This document shows positions 60,972 through 64,000 of a DNA stretch of 64,000 nucleotides, piece by piece. The first letter of the stretch is position 1. Each line of letters opens with the position of its first letter. The notes beneath the pieces were generated by a model that saw nothing but the letters and a program-made list of their open reading frames with translations, ran no database searches and had not been told where the DNA came from. The DNA comes from Phoronis australis (Eukaryota > Animalia > Phoronida). Made by a program: the position numbers and the translations under genes. The DNA lies in contig NMRA01000112.1 in NCBI GenBank assembly GCA_002633005.1, positions 182,275 to 246,274 of the forward strand, read 5' to 3'.

Positions 60972-63935
60972 TCGTTGCAACTCATGACAGCACGCGCTGA
61001 CATCTGTCACAAGAATTATGTAACAGAATAAGTAAAAGACACGAAACACAAAAGTTACTTTCATGCCGTTTTATTTTTTTAATTTTCAAGGCTTCCATAA
61101 GTGTCAGGGGTTTCTCGGGCTGAGGTCATAGGAGTGTAATGTGAACATACTCCCCATGGTGGCAGTCCGTTGTCACATTTTTGCACCCCTCGAAAGCCAA
61201 CATTCCCGGCTATCCCATTGTCTCTATCTTTCACGCTAGTTTTACCAATAGGTAGCATTGGCTACGAGGCGAGGCGCTTACGTAATTAGTATGGGACTCT
61301 AAGCTCTCACTTGAACCAGCGTCTCAGTTCTGTCCTAACCAACTTTTCATAGTGGTCACTGTTATAAAATTGCTCTAGTGTCCTTATTAAGATTAGAAAT
61401 GATTTCTGGGCTAAGAAGAAATGACAATTATCCACTGGTTCAAACTCTGGCTAACAAGGTCTGAAATCTGAGCTTCAAACGAGGCTAGTGAAGGTCTGTT
61501 CAAGTTATTTTCAGCCGTCGAAGCACTATGGCCACCAAGGGAACTCTGGTCGTTTTATTTCAAAAACAGAAAACAGAAAATGGCGTTGACGGCACAAAAA
61601 CGCCATTGAAAAAAGTCGCTTTTAAAGTACAGAACATCATATCTAAGAACTGTCTGGTCCTATTTTTATGAACTTTAACATGCTTCATGCACTGTTTTCC
61701 AAAACACTGTTAGGAATTAAAACTACAGTTTTGTAGATTTTTGGCTCATAAATACAGACTCATCGATAACGTTCTACAGAACACGGATGGTTTAATAACG
61801 GCGGGATAATCCGGCATTGCTTGCCACACGGAGTCAGAATTTGGTCACAGGTTACCATACAGACACGAAAGCATCTAGCACAAAACACTACACTAGAAAC
61901 TTGGGTTCCGTCCGTTTCAGTTTATTCGAAGAACTGACGCGGGTTTTGAAAACGATACCAAACCCTGTTTTGATGATTTAAGCCAATCTTCTGGCGTCCC
62001 ATTTGGATAATAAAATCAGGATTCAACTAAAAACTCACACTTTCTTTGTCACAGACTTATAGGATAACATAGCACTTGGTGAAATGGTCTCTCCCTAGCT
62101 CTACAGCTGCCTCGGAACTCGCTCGTAAAGCGTAAGTCACGCTTGCCCATTTAGCAGGGTTTTCTAAGAAATTTTCAAATTTTGTTAGATTAAGGGTTGT
62201 CGATGGTTTCTGACCATTATTTTTTCAGTCGACTAAATGGGCTAAGCGACAACTTACGCATTGTGCTAGTTACGCAATGGTATCAGGTGCATCTGTGTTC
62301 ACAAGTTCCAAGTCTGTGTGAACCGGACTTAACGACCACGACTACTAAAGAGTCGCACTAAACAGTGCCACGTGATTTATATTTCATGGCATTATCCATG
62401 TGAAAACAGAAATGACGCTGACTTCGATCTCGCCATTAAACACAATTTACAATGCCTGTGATTTTAGCCCCACTTCTTTACAATTTTCAAAAATTAAATC
62501 ATTCTTTATCATTATAGGGAGACCTTTGAACAGTTGAAGTGAGTTTGCTTTTGGCCGCACCAAGACTTTGTCTTCCTTCTTGTGGCATCGAATGAGTGAA
62601 CTGGCTTTAAAACAGTTTAAGACGAAACGGAAAAATATCAAGACACTTGTTGAGTGTAAATTTCATGTTGATCCGATAAGATTTGCGATCTGTGTAGCGC
62701 ATGCGAACAAACAAACAAACAAACATGTGACTACACTGACAAAAATGATTTTATGACAAAGCAACATGGTCGGAGGAATTTCATTTCACCATTTAAAAAT
62801 TAAGAAGTATATTGAAATGTCTTGACACAGGCCGGAACGCCTGCATTTATCACGAACTTTGTGTTGTAGCCATTTAAACTTGCCGCATTTACTAAGAACA
62901 GTCCATTATATGTAGTGGTATGGTTATGCATAATATTCGTAAATTAATTTTCGATCCACTTCTACGATGTCATAAACTTTCGCACATGTAGAACTTTTGA
63001 ATACGTTTCGCAATATATTCAGACGTGAGTATAAAGTAACCCCGTTGCACTAATTTATTCCGTGTTGATTTCAATACCTCCCTATTTTACTTGGGCCGTT
63101 CTTCCGCCTTTCTGTCGCCCTTTTTGATGACGTCACCACTTTGAGGCGCACTTCTAAGCCGAATTACAGAACTTAATAATTTCTTTGTAGAGAAATTGAA
63201 TGTAATAATATTTATAAATAAAACTATTTTATTCATAGACGACTTATAAAATGGTTTTTAACAATAACTTCTCATTTTTAGTGACAAAACATATTTATTT
63301 ACACCTAAACTCTTTTGCGGAAGGATATCCGGATTTATTTTCAGTAGTTCATTTGGCCGTCAGAGTGTCGCCACTGTGAATAGACGAGTTGTTCTCGAGG
63401 AGTCTTGGTTCAAGAAACTGACGATTTCCATTTATTTCAAAACATCTTCAAGTTTCTTCAATTCTGTTTTTACGTACCGGTAAACAGAAGAAAGGTCACT
63501 AACTGACGAAATCCAGAAGCCATAAACTGAGGTAAATTTAGGCGATTAGTAGACACTTTACTTTCTAATCGAATGAAGTGACGGCTGGATTTGGAAAGTG
63601 TTGCGATTGTAAGCAGCCAGACATTTCGGCACCGCAAATCTGTCGAGCATTTCACTGGGGTTATAAAGACAACGTGATATTAGCTACGTTAGTTGGTGTA
63701 AGTTGATTAAGATAGGTGCTTGGTTTATAGCCAAATCGTTCTTCTTTACCGGTATTTGGTCAAATTCAATTAACTTCCGGTTTGATTTCTGATTTCTGTT
63801 CACTCTCACGACACTCTGTGCTCTACTTCCATGCTGCTTATTGCCTTAGAAAAGAGTTGTATGGTTGAAAAGGGGGTTAACCGAAAAGGGATATTGAATT
63901 TTGAAGTCATTCTTAACACTAGATGGTGTTTCCAC

Positions 63936-63989
63936 ATTTGGTATTTTTTGATTTATAATTTCATACTTATAAATCAAAAAATACCAAAT
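63936..63989. repeat. Perfect 23-bp inverted repeat with 8-nt loop
   Basis: atttggtattttttgatttataa-tttcatac-ttataaatcaaaaaataccaaat. Confidence 0.95.
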
Positions 63990-64000
63990 TTCATACTTTA

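Overview
Eukaryotic (invertebrate-animal-like), AT-rich, intron- and repeat-rich genomic DNA; no prokaryotic operons, rRNA, intact tRNA genes or CRISPR arrays were found. Four protein-coding loci were reconstructed by hand from splice signals and reading-frame phase. (1) The 3' part of a + strand type I membrane receptor (seven exons, 8484-24199, all introns phase 1) with a 6-Cys sushi/CCP domain, Ser/Thr stalk, TM helix and a modular cytoplasmic tail. (2) A - strand small single-pass membrane protein (41.7-37.1 kb). (3) A + strand MFSD4/NaGLT1-like MFS transporter whose CDS lies in one exon (48599-50212). (4) A compact three-exon + strand gene (TATA 56023, CDS 57990-60351) encoding a 70-aa secreted precursor: signal peptide, Gln-initiated 4-Cys cationic peptide, KR site and short tail; this is the best candidate for a new host-defence peptide or toxin. 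The rest is MITEs, Helentron/DINE-like elements (one carrying an array of about 11 co-oriented CTCF-like motifs), minisatellites and SINE/LINE remnants. Gene models are manual inferences without transcript or database support.
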